A stretch of 37,576 nucleotides of DNA, from positions 1-37,576 of the forward strand of contig JAZDPL010000067.1 in NCBI GenBank assembly GCA_043797665.1, in the 5' to 3' direction. A program made the translations under genes and the position numbers. Position 1 is the first letter of the stretch; every line of letters begins with the position of its first letter. The stretch comes from Candidatus Omnitrophota bacterium (GTDB taxonomy: Bacteria; Ratteibacteria; UBA8468; MWAK01). The notes below the pieces were generated by a model that was not told the DNA's origin, ran no database searches, and saw nothing but the letters and a program-made list of their open reading frames with translations. Below, piece after piece: positions 20,101-29,232 of this stretch.

Positions 20101-20824
20101 ACTGGGATGACTCGTTCTCAAAAAAAGTGCCCTTTTGGCGATACTCCAAATCGATAATCCGTCCTTTACCGAACTTTGCCATGCGGAGAAAGGGTTTAGA
20201 CAAGGTCAACGAATGGAAGACCGGCAAGTCCTGTTCAGGAAGGACATAGTTGAAAAAACCTTCTTTATCTTCCAGGGTTTTTTTTAATAAAATTTCCGCT
20301 AATTCCCTAGAAAGAGGTCTACTTGACTGTACAAGTTCCAACTCCTGGTCAATCACTACTAATCCTGTTCCTCTATCCCTGACATTAATAAGAATTTTAA
20401 GTCTGACTTCCGGAGGCAGCGCCTCCCAGGCAACCCTGCCTACCACGGCTACATCCCAATCAGCACTCAGAGCCTTCTCGGAGAGATTCAGAACTTCTGC
20501 CTCCTCCATAAAACCAGGACCATAGCTTTCTTCGCGCGAGATGGTAAACTTCTCAAAACCCGCGGTCATTAAAGGAATTATCTCGCACTCTAATCGTTGC
20601 CAGAGTTCTACCGATTCTCTCTGGGTACCCACCGGTGCAATCACCAGGATGCGTAGTTTTTTCCCGGCATAGGGCTTGGCCCAGGGGATATGCGGGGTTT
20701 CATAGGTAAAGGATAACTTGCCAAATACGCTCTCCTCAGCGGTAAAACCTGATAAGACAAAAAAACCGATGAGAATCAGGGGTACCGCTAAATACCAAAA
20801 ACCGGCTTGACGCAATCTTCTCAT
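17195..20824 (-). CDS. Secreted multidomain GH42-like (beta-galactosidase-like) protein 1
   Basis: 1209 aa; signal peptide; CFCPAS..FQGFLKKSYGDIASLNQSWGT (GH42-type motif); trimerisation-like domain (FARAGGIIIAD); Ig-like C-terminus. Confidence 0.7.
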   Translation of the reverse strand: MRRLRQAGFWYLAVPLILIGFFVLSGFTAEESVFGKLSFTYETPHIPWAKPYAGKKLRILVIAPVGTQRESVELWQRLECEIIPLMTAGFEKFTISREESYGPGFMEEAEVLNLSEKALSADWDVAVVGRVAWEALPPEVRLKILINVRDRGTGLVVIDQELELVQSSRPLSRELAEILLKKTLEDKEGFFNYVLPEQDLPVFHSLTLSKPFLRMAKFGKGRIIDLEYRQKGTFFENESSQSLTPVYLLQPNGRSESPYPTGSPVYDYYLSLVIRSILWAGCAEGDTRFRWFALPQVEIERARLQKEETLFNPWPTGADRQHWWIREKAKVRFWVEGNVKPPTALEWIIRNPYNEIEGKGRIEEIKIEPLLGGTIELPILPGGRHYLEVWLKREGKVVDWAIIPFNVKAECEPPSITLDKVSFDRGEEVKGKVLLAGELLPETQLSVKVWDNLGRLLVKDVRKEKGTVQPFSLRIPDPVTQSYIIKTIIEDKKGVISEDRAEFLMPLRGNDDYQFHAWAQVKDTPVNHYRLKKLQELGVDGIFFGALWTVPDILSQQAWVLSRLNLRVLPYMSSYCGWGLSPGEKDKTGNPLCPGKCLFAPDFAQGLFSRIQEQVSLLAPFAPLSYCLSEEDGLDFNKTDRCFCPASLKDFQGFLKKSYGDIASLNQSWGTDYKDFSECTPITFKEAKEKGQYPRWIDHRLHMTEGWTDFHIEMARATRQSDPRTIPVFFGSNLEPYFGNDPYRLNSVAGSIPGNPWEGGGVSDIPEVASFSPPGFYLAPVYGTYPPSYFEDNMRLQPWLSLAWGCNGNEWWVAYDGNLCQGNMMALTPSLEEPEVHFGETMEEVREIKRGIGKLLLNSKRRDDGIRILYSYSSMLVSEFNHPETTWADARSDLIKILGDSGLNYRLLSPEQVCRGDLKNSARVLFLSYSQAISPEEAKAILNFARAGGIIIADFSPGIMDEHGKTLPASSLSELFPEKKDLHHQVVGKGRGVYLGNLLRGYLQVRRSEQGNQKKAALLGILKEVGVTPKYALSQSDGNPVSVVSGTVFEDGEASYLLLLREERGKPPLEVKINLDRSAEIYDVREGKYIGGKGEAKIPLACCRAKLLSFLPYRVKSIDVVAQEPSGRNIPISAELKTESGKPGRHLFRLTVIGPDGKEIPYLARNIPAPGGKYEGLFHFALNDPAGKYLLQFKDVATGLYGQTAVLIK

Positions 20825-20896
20825 CTTCTCTCCCCTTCTTTTTTGTAATATATTAGCGCCGAAAAGCGTCAGGAAGTCTTTCGGGCGCAGACATTT

Positions 20897-23581
20897 TCAA
20901 GTTCCTTCGGGAATATGCTCCGCGAGATGTCCGGCAATCTTGCGGTAGCATTCGTGGACGGCAGGCCGGCCCAGCCAGATGACGTAGTTGCCGTCGGCGA
21001 TAAGCGGCTGCGGACCGCTCTCGCGCGTCGCCTTGAAGCGGAGATTTTTAGCCCGATTCAGACCGGCGGCGCTCGGGGCCACCGCGATTGTTTCGCCTTT
21101 GCGCAGCGGGAATTCCAATACGTCAGCCTTCACATCTATGCACACGGTGGAAGTCTTCTTTCCACGGCGCACGCATACAGACTGCCTTCCCTGCCACGGG
21201 TTTTGAACCCTCGCAGTTCCGCCGATGAGGCTCTTGACTGAGAAAAACGTCACGCCATTATTGTCCAGTTCTGCCGAGACAAGGAATGGCCCGCGGGCGC
21301 GGAGCGTAACGAATCGGGCCTTTCGTCCCTTCGGAAGCCCCGGAAACAATCGGATCCGGCCATCGTGACTCTGAAGCAGGCACTCGAGAAGCGGAAATGC
21401 ATAGTAGGCGCTGCCTTCCAGGCTGGCTTGAGAGAGTTCTCTTGCCCGGGGATTTGGCGTGCCAGCAATGCATTGAGATTTGAACTCGGTGAGCGGCATC
21501 TCCTCATTACCGTCAAGAATTGTGCGCTTGGGGATGAGTTCGTGTACCGGTTCGGACAGCTCAGGCTCGCCCAACGTCGGTCCGCCCATAAGACCGTTTG
21601 GCTTCACAGCGGCGCGAAGGATTGTGGGCATAATCTCGTTCCAGACTTCTTCTGCATGGCCCAGCCGCAGTGCCCACATCGCATAAAAAATCCAGAACTC
21701 GGCGCGCCTTTGCCCGCCAATCCAGTAACCTGTGGGTCCTAAGTCCCAGAATTCGCGATAAGTCTTCTCGGCGATCGCCAGCATCTCCTTGGGTCCGTCC
21801 GGACCAAACTCATTACCAGGGAAGACCGGGTACATACTGCCGCCCTGCCCAACGTAGTGATGCGGCGGGATGCCATCTGCCTCAAGAAACATTCCGTCGC
21901 CGACCGGGTACTCCGGGAAGTGGTCGAGAATATCCTGCCACTTTGCGCGGCGCTCAAGGTCGCAGCCGAGGACACGCGTAGCCTCCACCGCCACACGGTA
22001 GCAGGTCTTCAAATTTGCCAGGTTCATCGTAGAGTTACTCACGTCCATATGAGCAAGTTCCGGTGCCTGGAGCGGATACCAGCGGTAGTGCCCATCAGGG
22101 TCTCGCGTGGCATACGCCGTGAAAAAGTCGAGCACATCGCGCAAATACGGATAAATCTTTTTCCGCAAGAGTCTCTTATCCTTGGTGTATTCGTATCCCC
22201 AGGAGAATATGACGCCCGAATACGGACCGGAACAGGTGATAATGTACTTCCCCCAGCCGCCTCCAGATTCATCGCCTCGCGGCCCGCAGGCTCCGGGGAC
22301 GTGTGCACCGGGAAGGCCAAACACCTTCTTCGTATACTCGCGCGCCTTTGGAAGGATGTTGAACCACGTGTCATAGAAGCCTTCTGCCAGTTCAGGATGG
22401 TTGGATGGAAACAATGGCATCACGGGGACCTGGCAGTTGAGGTCGGTGTGGTACATACCCTGCCACGGCACGATCTGGCGGGGCCCTTCTGACGGCCCGT
22501 ACCAGAGCCCCATTATCCCCGGGACCGGAGCCTTGCGGTAGCAACTGGCCGCCTGATACATTGAAAGATAATAGAGTTGCTGCATGCCGGGATTATCGAG
22601 TTCAATGAGGGATTTCTTCCAGAAGTCGTGCCACCAGCGCTTGTGCGGTTCCTGAAGGCGGGTGAAACCGGTTCGCATCGCTTTTCGCGTCAGGGCCTTC
22701 GCCGCAGCAAGGGGCTCCTTACTTTCGTCAGAGGTAACGATCGCAAGATAGATTTCACAGTCACCCGAAACCGAAGCCTCTAACATATGACCCTCGACCT
22801 TGATATGATTAACCCTTCCCTCGTACCTGCGAAAACGTGGGCGAAAGTATTTTCGCATCCAGTCTTTATAAACGCCACTCCATCCCTTCGATACAACGCC
22901 GGCCGCGACCACATAACGGAGTCCATCCGGCATCGTCTTATCGAGGACCATCAGTCCGTCCTGAACGCTCAGATTCGGGTCGGCGGTAAGAGAATCCCGC
23001 GGACAGAAGACTTCGATGAAATTCGTCCACGATGAAAGCGGTGAGACATCACGAACTTTGATGCAGAACACGTTCGCATTTGAAGCAACAAAACTCTCCA
23101 TCCGGGGATGACAGAGATGGCGGTCTATTTTCGTGTGGAGAATCGCATCGTAGATGGCCAGATGTTGACTCACGGAAGGGATTGCAGTACTGCCGCCATA
23201 GGAGACGCGCGCGAATGCCAGGCGCAGCTGGACACAGGTCTTGGGAGTTATCATGAGCTCGCCGGTGTGCGCTTCAATCTCGTCGATCTTCTTTGCGGCC
23301 GAATCCGGATCGTCCCAGGGCAGAAGCCTCGGGGATGACTTGATTATCTTGAGCGCCTCCTCGTGCGTGAGAACTCTCCTGCGTGGCACGCGATGGTCGT
23401 AAACGTCGATTTTGTTGATGACGAACTCAGGGCTGGATGGCGCATACGCCAATACGCCGATATCACCGTTGCCCAGGGCGAAGCCATCCTGCCACACACG
23501 CGGAGCCTCCTCATAAACGAGGTCATGCTGGGAGATAAAACTCTTCCAATTTATATTATTTTGCTCTTTTTTGCTTGGCAT
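20897..23581 (-). CDS. Divergent GH95-like glycoside hydrolase 2
   Basis: WQDGFALGNGDIG, PGIMGLW, QAPE, LLQSH..RIRLFP, LRARG; ATG 23581 with GGAGGT RBS. Confidence 0.75.
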   Translation of the reverse strand: MPSKKEQNNINWKSFISQHDLVYEEAPRVWQDGFALGNGDIGVLAYAPSSPEFVINKIDVYDHRVPRRRVLTHEEALKIIKSSPRLLPWDDPDSAAKKIDEIEAHTGELMITPKTCVQLRLAFARVSYGGSTAIPSVSQHLAIYDAILHTKIDRHLCHPRMESFVASNANVFCIKVRDVSPLSSWTNFIEVFCPRDSLTADPNLSVQDGLMVLDKTMPDGLRYVVAAGVVSKGWSGVYKDWMRKYFRPRFRRYEGRVNHIKVEGHMLEASVSGDCEIYLAIVTSDESKEPLAAAKALTRKAMRTGFTRLQEPHKRWWHDFWKKSLIELDNPGMQQLYYLSMYQAASCYRKAPVPGIMGLWYGPSEGPRQIVPWQGMYHTDLNCQVPVMPLFPSNHPELAEGFYDTWFNILPKAREYTKKVFGLPGAHVPGACGPRGDESGGGWGKYIITCSGPYSGVIFSWGYEYTKDKRLLRKKIYPYLRDVLDFFTAYATRDPDGHYRWYPLQAPELAHMDVSNSTMNLANLKTCYRVAVEATRVLGCDLERRAKWQDILDHFPEYPVGDGMFLEADGIPPHHYVGQGGSMYPVFPGNEFGPDGPKEMLAIAEKTYREFWDLGPTGYWIGGQRRAEFWIFYAMWALRLGHAEEVWNEIMPTILRAAVKPNGLMGGPTLGEPELSEPVHELIPKRTILDGNEEMPLTEFKSQCIAGTPNPRARELSQASLEGSAYYAFPLLECLLQSHDGRIRLFPGLPKGRKARFVTLRARGPFLVSAELDNNGVTFFSVKSLIGGTARVQNPWQGRQSVCVRRGKKTSTVCIDVKADVLEFPLRKGETIAVAPSAAGLNRAKNLRFKATRESGPQPLIADGNYVIWLGRPAVHECYRKIAGHLAEHIPEGT

Positions 23582-23583
23582 CT

Positions 23584-24645
23584 TTACCTCCGGTAGGTGC
23601 CATATCTTTTCACGCACTCAATCAGCCATTGGTAATTATCGAGACTTGCCTCATCGGTTATCGGACCATCCAGGCGGTAGATGTATCCTCCTTCAGGAAA
23701 AAGCGAGATCTTTCTCTTTACTTCAGATTCGATCTCTTCTTTTGTTCCATAATAGAGAATCCGGGCATCTATGTTGCCTTCCCAAACCAGTTTCCGGCCA
23801 AAGCGGATTTTCAGAGCGGCCAAATCCACACCTGCTTTGACTTCAAGCGGGTCAAGGATGTCAACTCCAGCATCTATTAACCCGGGAATGAGTTCGGTAA
23901 TCAAACCATCCGAATGAAAGAAGATATGACCGCGGTTCCGGTGCATATATTCGAAGAGTCGACGCATGGAGGGAAGAAATATTCTTTCGAAAACTATGGG
24001 ACTGAAAAGAGGGCCGTTCTTGAAGGCAATATCCTCATTATAATAGGCTCCGTCCAGCGGAATGCCTTCCTTCCGGAAAAGTTCCAGCATCCCGATGTGG
24101 AAATCTGCGTATGTATCGGCGATGTCGATCATCCATTCCGGGTCGAGAACGAGCATTTCCAGGGTTTGCGCCATCCCCATCAGGCCGCAACCTTGTCCAA
24201 ATGCACCGTTGAGGGTTATACATAACCACGTCTCTTTCTTCCTGCCGATTTCCCCCAGCCAGTTTCTGGTTTCCCGGGAAACCCGGTTAAGGTCCGGAGA
24301 TAATCTTGTCTTTAGACGCTCCCAATCCGTGCGGTTCTTGACCGTCCACTCTAACTGATGGCTTGTCGCGTTCTGCCCGGGCAGAATCTGCTCCGTTACG
24401 CCGTTGGAATTTCTGACTACCCGCGTTCGTCCGTCATCCTTGAGGATTTCCGTTTCAATCTGCAACGTTTCATCAAACCCGGTGCCATCAATGCAGTTTT
24501 CAAAAAAATCGGCAGGCCATCCGCCCGGACGCATACCTTCCTTCTCCCATCGCTGGATGGCCCAGCTCAGCGGTGCGTCGCGCATCGGCACTACATCCGG
24601 GGTCTCTCTATCGAGACAGGCCAGAACCCTTTCTCGTGGCGTCAT
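23584..24645 (-). CDS. URO-D family protein 2
   Basis: MTPRERV start, EDIAFKNGPLFSP, FHSDG, PLEVKAGVD, GNID, GGYI; alternative GTG start at 24657. Confidence 0.85.
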   Translation of the reverse strand: MTPRERVLACLDRETPDVVPMRDAPLSWAIQRWEKEGMRPGGWPADFFENCIDGTGFDETLQIETEILKDDGRTRVVRNSNGVTEQILPGQNATSHQLEWTVKNRTDWERLKTRLSPDLNRVSRETRNWLGEIGRKKETWLCITLNGAFGQGCGLMGMAQTLEMLVLDPEWMIDIADTYADFHIGMLELFRKEGIPLDGAYYNEDIAFKNGPLFSPIVFERIFLPSMRRLFEYMHRNRGHIFFHSDGLITELIPGLIDAGVDILDPLEVKAGVDLAALKIRFGRKLVWEGNIDARILYYGTKEEIESEVKRKISLFPEGGYIYRLDGPITDEASLDNYQWLIECVKRYGTYRR

Positions 24646-27301
24646 ATTCTGTGGCACATCGGGTAAGAAATGGATGAATTAAAGGCTTACCCAGCCAGAT
24701 GGTGTAGTCGCCGTCCTCAATCAGAGGTCTGGGCTGGGCATCCATCTTCCCGACAATCTTTTCGGTATTTATCCGGCCAAAGGTCTTTTTGTCCGGCGAA
24801 AGGCATACTTCCTCTTCCGGTTTAAGACAGAGTTCAATAATCTCCGAGGAGAGACCTTGTTGAAATTCCATAATCCGGCCGGCCGGTTTTTTCAGATAGA
24901 GTCTCTTTTTGGGCCAGGGGTTCTTTATCTTAACAGTACCACCAACGAGACTTCTTATCGTGAAATAAGAGACTCTTTCTTTCTTTAACTCTGAGGATAC
25001 CAGGAAAGCTCCCCTTGCCCTCAGATTGATAAATCTTGCCTCCCTGCCCTCAGGTATCCCCGGAAAGAGCCGAATCAAACCTCCGTGACTTTGAAGAAGA
25101 GATTCCAGAAGAACCGTCATATAATAACCATTTCCTTCTATTCCAGCCTGAAGATACTCTTTTACCCTGGGGTTTGGCGTTCCACCAATAACTCGGCATT
25201 CTCGTAAGGGCATTTTGCTATATCCGTCCAGGATAAAGCGGTCAGGGATAAAATTATGGGCTCTTTCGCTCTCTCTCGGGTCACTGAAATGAGTCGCATC
25301 ATGGCCCATCAGCCCGCTGGGTTTCACACTTGCCTTAAGCGTCAACGGAATAAGTTCTTCCCATACCTTTTTTTGATAGCCAAGTCTTAAGGCCCACATC
25401 GTAATAAAGAACCAGGGCCAACCCCCACTTGACCGATGTTCCCCTTTTTTCAATCCGTAAAACATTCCGAATAGTCCGCCATCATAAAATGCCTGAAAGG
25501 TCTTCCGGGCCGTCTTCAGCATCTTTTCATCACCTTCCGGACCAAATTCGCCGCAGGGAAAGAGAGGGTAAAGACCTCCACCGCAAGAGACATAATGTCC
25601 CGGAGGAACTTCCTTCGCTTCCAGAAACATCCCTTTACCTACCGGATATTCCGGGTAATGAGCCAGAATGTCTTCCCATTTCGCGCGGCGGCCGGAATCA
25701 GTCTCCAGAATTTTTGTTGCTTCCACACCGGTTTTGAAACATACTTTTAGAAGTGAAATCATAAAGGTGGCATTCGTGGTATTCATATGACCAAGTTCCG
25801 GTGACTGCGAAGGATAGAGCCGATATCGTCCACCCTCACCTTTGCTCATATATGCGGCAAAAAAATCTAACATCTCGCGCAGAAATGGATAGACCTTCTC
25901 CTCAAGCAATCTTCTGTCCCGGGTGAATTCATACCCCCAGGCAAAAAGTAAACCATTATATGGCCCGGAACACATCGCAATATATTTTGTCGCGCCTGCC
26001 TCTTCTCCCCTCGGTCCACAGGTACCGGGAAGGTACGCACCGTCAATACCGAAGACCTTCTTAGCGACTTCACGCGCCTTAGGAAGCATCTTCAACCAGG
26101 TATCATAATATCCTTCTGCCAATTCCGGGTGATTACAGGCAAATAGAGGAAAGACCGGTCCCTGACAATTCTGGTCAGCATGATACCTTCCGGCCCACTG
26201 AGCCAGCTGTTTGGGAGATTCGTTGGGACCATACCACAGACCGGTAAGACCGGGTACCGGTGCTTTCCGGTAGCAACTGGCCATCTGATAGAGGGAGAGG
26301 TAATACAGTTGCTGCCTGCCAAAGTCATCAATCTCTATCAGGGATTTCTGCCAGAAGGCATACCACCATCTTCGGTGTTCATTCAACAGAGAGCCAAAAC
26401 CCTTTTTAATCGCTTTGTCTAATGTCTTCTTAGCCCCTTCTAAAGGGTCATTATATTCATCCGAAGTTGCGACTGTCAGAAAGAGGTCAAAATCACCACT
26501 GACCGAGGTTTGAAGGACATGGTCATCCACAGAAATGCCGTTAATTTTGCCTTCAAACTTGCGGAACCGGGGACGGCGGTTTTTCTTAAGCCATTCTTTA
26601 TAGATACCGCTCCATCCTTTTGAAATTACCTGGGCCATCACCACATAGCGCAGACCATCCGGCATTGTCTTGTCCAGAACCATTCGATTATCTCTGATGT
26701 TCAGCTGCGGGTCAGCGGTCAAAGAGTCTCTGGTATAGAATATCTCCGCAAAATTTGACCAGGAAGAAAGTGGTGATACATCCCGGACACGAATGCATAA
26801 AACATTATTTTGAGAAGATACAAAACTTTCCATCCTTGGGTGACAGAAGTGTCTGTCAATTGAAGTATGGAGCAGAGCATCGTAGATGGACAGCCTCTGG
26901 CTTATCAACGGTACCTCGCTGGAAACACCGGCATTATCCCGGCAGAAGGTGACGCGCAACTGGCAACAGGTTTTGGGACTCAAGATATCTTCGCCTTCCG
27001 TGGCTTCCAGTTTGGAAATCTTTACGGCCGCAGATTCCTCAGAACAAAGAGGCGTAATAGTTGGCGAAGAGTTTAATATCTCCAGCGCCTCTTTATGGGA
27101 GAGAATCCGCTTCCGGGGAGATACCCGGTGGTCATAGACATCTATTTTATTAATTACAAATTCCGGGCTGAAAGGAGCATAGGCCAGTACTCCAATATCG
27201 CCGTTGCCTATCGGGAGCCCGTCCTGCCAGACCTTCCCGGCTTCTTCATAAATAAGGTCATGCTGAGAGATGAAACTCTTCCAATCAACCTTCCCACCCA
27301 T
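24608..27301 (-). CDS. Divergent GH95-like glycoside hydrolase 3
   Basis: WQDGLPIGNGDIG, PGLTGLW, QSPE, LLQSHGGLIRLFP, LRARGAF; ATG 27301 with GAGGAGG RBS. Confidence 0.75.
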   Translation of the reverse strand: MGGKVDWKSFISQHDLIYEEAGKVWQDGLPIGNGDIGVLAYAPFSPEFVINKIDVYDHRVSPRKRILSHKEALEILNSSPTITPLCSEESAAVKISKLEATEGEDILSPKTCCQLRVTFCRDNAGVSSEVPLISQRLSIYDALLHTSIDRHFCHPRMESFVSSQNNVLCIRVRDVSPLSSWSNFAEIFYTRDSLTADPQLNIRDNRMVLDKTMPDGLRYVVMAQVISKGWSGIYKEWLKKNRRPRFRKFEGKINGISVDDHVLQTSVSGDFDLFLTVATSDEYNDPLEGAKKTLDKAIKKGFGSLLNEHRRWWYAFWQKSLIEIDDFGRQQLYYLSLYQMASCYRKAPVPGLTGLWYGPNESPKQLAQWAGRYHADQNCQGPVFPLFACNHPELAEGYYDTWLKMLPKAREVAKKVFGIDGAYLPGTCGPRGEEAGATKYIAMCSGPYNGLLFAWGYEFTRDRRLLEEKVYPFLREMLDFFAAYMSKGEGGRYRLYPSQSPELGHMNTTNATFMISLLKVCFKTGVEATKILETDSGRRAKWEDILAHYPEYPVGKGMFLEAKEVPPGHYVSCGGGLYPLFPCGEFGPEGDEKMLKTARKTFQAFYDGGLFGMFYGLKKGEHRSSGGWPWFFITMWALRLGYQKKVWEELIPLTLKASVKPSGLMGHDATHFSDPRESERAHNFIPDRFILDGYSKMPLRECRVIGGTPNPRVKEYLQAGIEGNGYYMTVLLESLLQSHGGLIRLFPGIPEGREARFINLRARGAFLVSSELKKERVSYFTIRSLVGGTVKIKNPWPKKRLYLKKPAGRIMEFQQGLSSEIIELCLKPEEEVCLSPDKKTFGRINTEKIVGKMDAQPRPLIEDGDYTIWLGKPLIHPFLTRCATEYDATRKGSGLSR

Positions 27302-29225
27302 GTTGTCCTCCTCTGAATTTCTTATTTGACACCAGCCTTTCCTCTTTTTTGTTCTCAATGAGCAAGGCATTGACAGATTCCGGATTTTTTATTTCAAAGT
27401 CCAGGTAATCACCCGACCTTTTCAGGTCATAATTCAGCTTCTTACCTGAGATGCCAATCACCTTGATTCTGTTATCTCTTTTGTCGTAATGTACCTTCAA
27501 AGAAACCTTCAGGCTTCCTTCCGTAGTAAACCCTTGCAATTCTTTAATCACAAAAGCCGCATAACCTTTCAGATTCTTAAATATATTTCCCTTCCACCCT
27601 TTTATCATCTTAATGGGTTCCTTTTCCAGTACCCACCTCTTGCCGATTAAAAGTTCGAAGAATCTCTTGTACTTCAGATAAAGGCCATGAATCTCCCGGG
27701 TATTTATGTCTATCCTGGCTGAAGGGAAGGCGCCCCAGAGAAGGGATGCCTGAAACATCTCCTCATATTCCGTAATATTTTTCGTCTCCCAGGTATAGTA
27801 GAATACATTCAAGGGCCTTGCGATGCATAGATAAGCAAAGTGTTCAATCAGCCAGGGATGGGCTTCAGCCATTACACAGTCAATGCCTTTCCCTACTTCT
27901 ACGTTATAGGGACCATTTCCAAATACAAACCTGCCTTTCTTCTTTAAATAAGGAAGCAGTTCCTTGCCGAACTGCTCATAGGCAAAAGTGAGTCTATAGA
28001 CGGGTTTCCCATCTATCATACTTATTCCGTCAGAGTGGCTGTAGTCAAAATAGCCAAAACAGAGATTGTCCCAGAAGATGCCATCCGCATCATCTTCAAA
28101 CTCCTTTAACAACCTTCTTAATTGTCTGCGCATATCTTTGCCGAAAGAAGTATTCTGGTCGGAATTACAGATGATACTACTTCCGCAAGGGCATTCTCGT
28201 CCAGCACTATCCTTAACAATTGCATCAGGAAATCTTTTGTAGGCAAGCCTTCTTTCGCAATCACCCACCGGTTGAAAGTAGAGCAGGGGTCTTATGCCAA
28301 GTTCTTTCAGGTCTTTTAAGTGCCGGTGCATCTTCTTTAAGGTCATCGGTACCCCGGGAACACCTTGTGACACAAGGGCTTCCATAATCCATCCTTTGTC
28401 CGCATCCTCGGGCATGTACATCCCGTATCTGGGGAAATAGTGGTGGATTTCAGAGAAGTTTATACCCACATCTTTATTCGTTGTCTTCAAAGTATTTTCG
28501 ATATAGGCTCTATCGTGATGTACCTCCTTTTCCCAGCCGGTCTGGGTCAGATTGATATAGATTTTGTTGACCGAGGGGTTATTCGGCTCAAAGTAGTCCG
28601 GATAGTCTTTGTATATCTTTTTCAGACCGCAACGCCAGTCTCCCTGATGAAAGTAGAAATTAAATTCTGCCTCTGTTTGGTTCTCTTCAGTCAACATAAA
28701 ACACGACAACTCTGCGTCAATGTACCTCTCTTCTCTCTTGACGATAAACCGTACCATGGGAGTCCTAACGTTGAGAGAATTGAGTAAGGTTAGACCGGTA
28801 TCTTCCTCCGGGTTGTAAATGGTAATACCGGGTATAAGAGAAGCACCATCCGGGCTACCGTAGTCAACGAAATAGGTGGCGGGCAGGTCAAATATCCATT
28901 TTGGATACCCTTTTGTAGCTGTCCAGATCTTCCACTTCAGGTTCCAGGGATAGAGGCTCTCCGGAAGCGGTATTCTGATGGTATAGCCGATATCCCTTGT
29001 TTTGCCTTTCAGGTCCCTTGAGGAGAAGTTTACTCTGATTCTATTATGGTCAAGGCTCAGTTTAATTCTTGAGTTGAAATCGCCGGTCTTCTGGAATTCT
29101 GTTACCGAAAGAGGCAATGGATATCTCTTCCCTTTCAGGTTGTCCACTACAAAAAAGGCCCCCTCAAGAGAATCTCTTACTTCCCGATGGTAATTTTTTT
29201 TGATAGTCATCCTTATCTTATTCAC
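27285..29225 (-). CDS. Hypothetical protein, probable TIM-barrel glycoside hydrolase-like
   Basis: 646 aa; beta-rich N-terminus, then LKELGIRPLLYF and ADGIFWDN (GH27/36-like nucleophile pattern); no signal peptide; start is GTG 29225 or ATG 29210. Confidence 0.5.
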   Translation of the reverse strand: MNKIRMTIKKNYHREVRDSLEGAFFVVDNLKGKRYPLPLSVTEFQKTGDFNSRIKLSLDHNRIRVNFSSRDLKGKTRDIGYTIRIPLPESLYPWNLKWKIWTATKGYPKWIFDLPATYFVDYGSPDGASLIPGITIYNPEEDTGLTLLNSLNVRTPMVRFIVKREERYIDAELSCFMLTEENQTEAEFNFYFHQGDWRCGLKKIYKDYPDYFEPNNPSVNKIYINLTQTGWEKEVHHDRAYIENTLKTTNKDVGINFSEIHHYFPRYGMYMPEDADKGWIMEALVSQGVPGVPMTLKKMHRHLKDLKELGIRPLLYFQPVGDCERRLAYKRFPDAIVKDSAGRECPCGSSIICNSDQNTSFGKDMRRQLRRLLKEFEDDADGIFWDNLCFGYFDYSHSDGISMIDGKPVYRLTFAYEQFGKELLPYLKKKGRFVFGNGPYNVEVGKGIDCVMAEAHPWLIEHFAYLCIARPLNVFYYTWETKNITEYEEMFQASLLWGAFPSARIDINTREIHGLYLKYKRFFELLIGKRWVLEKEPIKMIKGWKGNIFKNLKGYAAFVIKELQGFTTEGSLKVSLKVHYDKRDNRIKVIGISGKKLNYDLKRSGDYLDFEIKNPESVNALLIENKKEERLVSNKKFRGGQHGWEG

Positions 29226-29232
29226 CGTTAAG

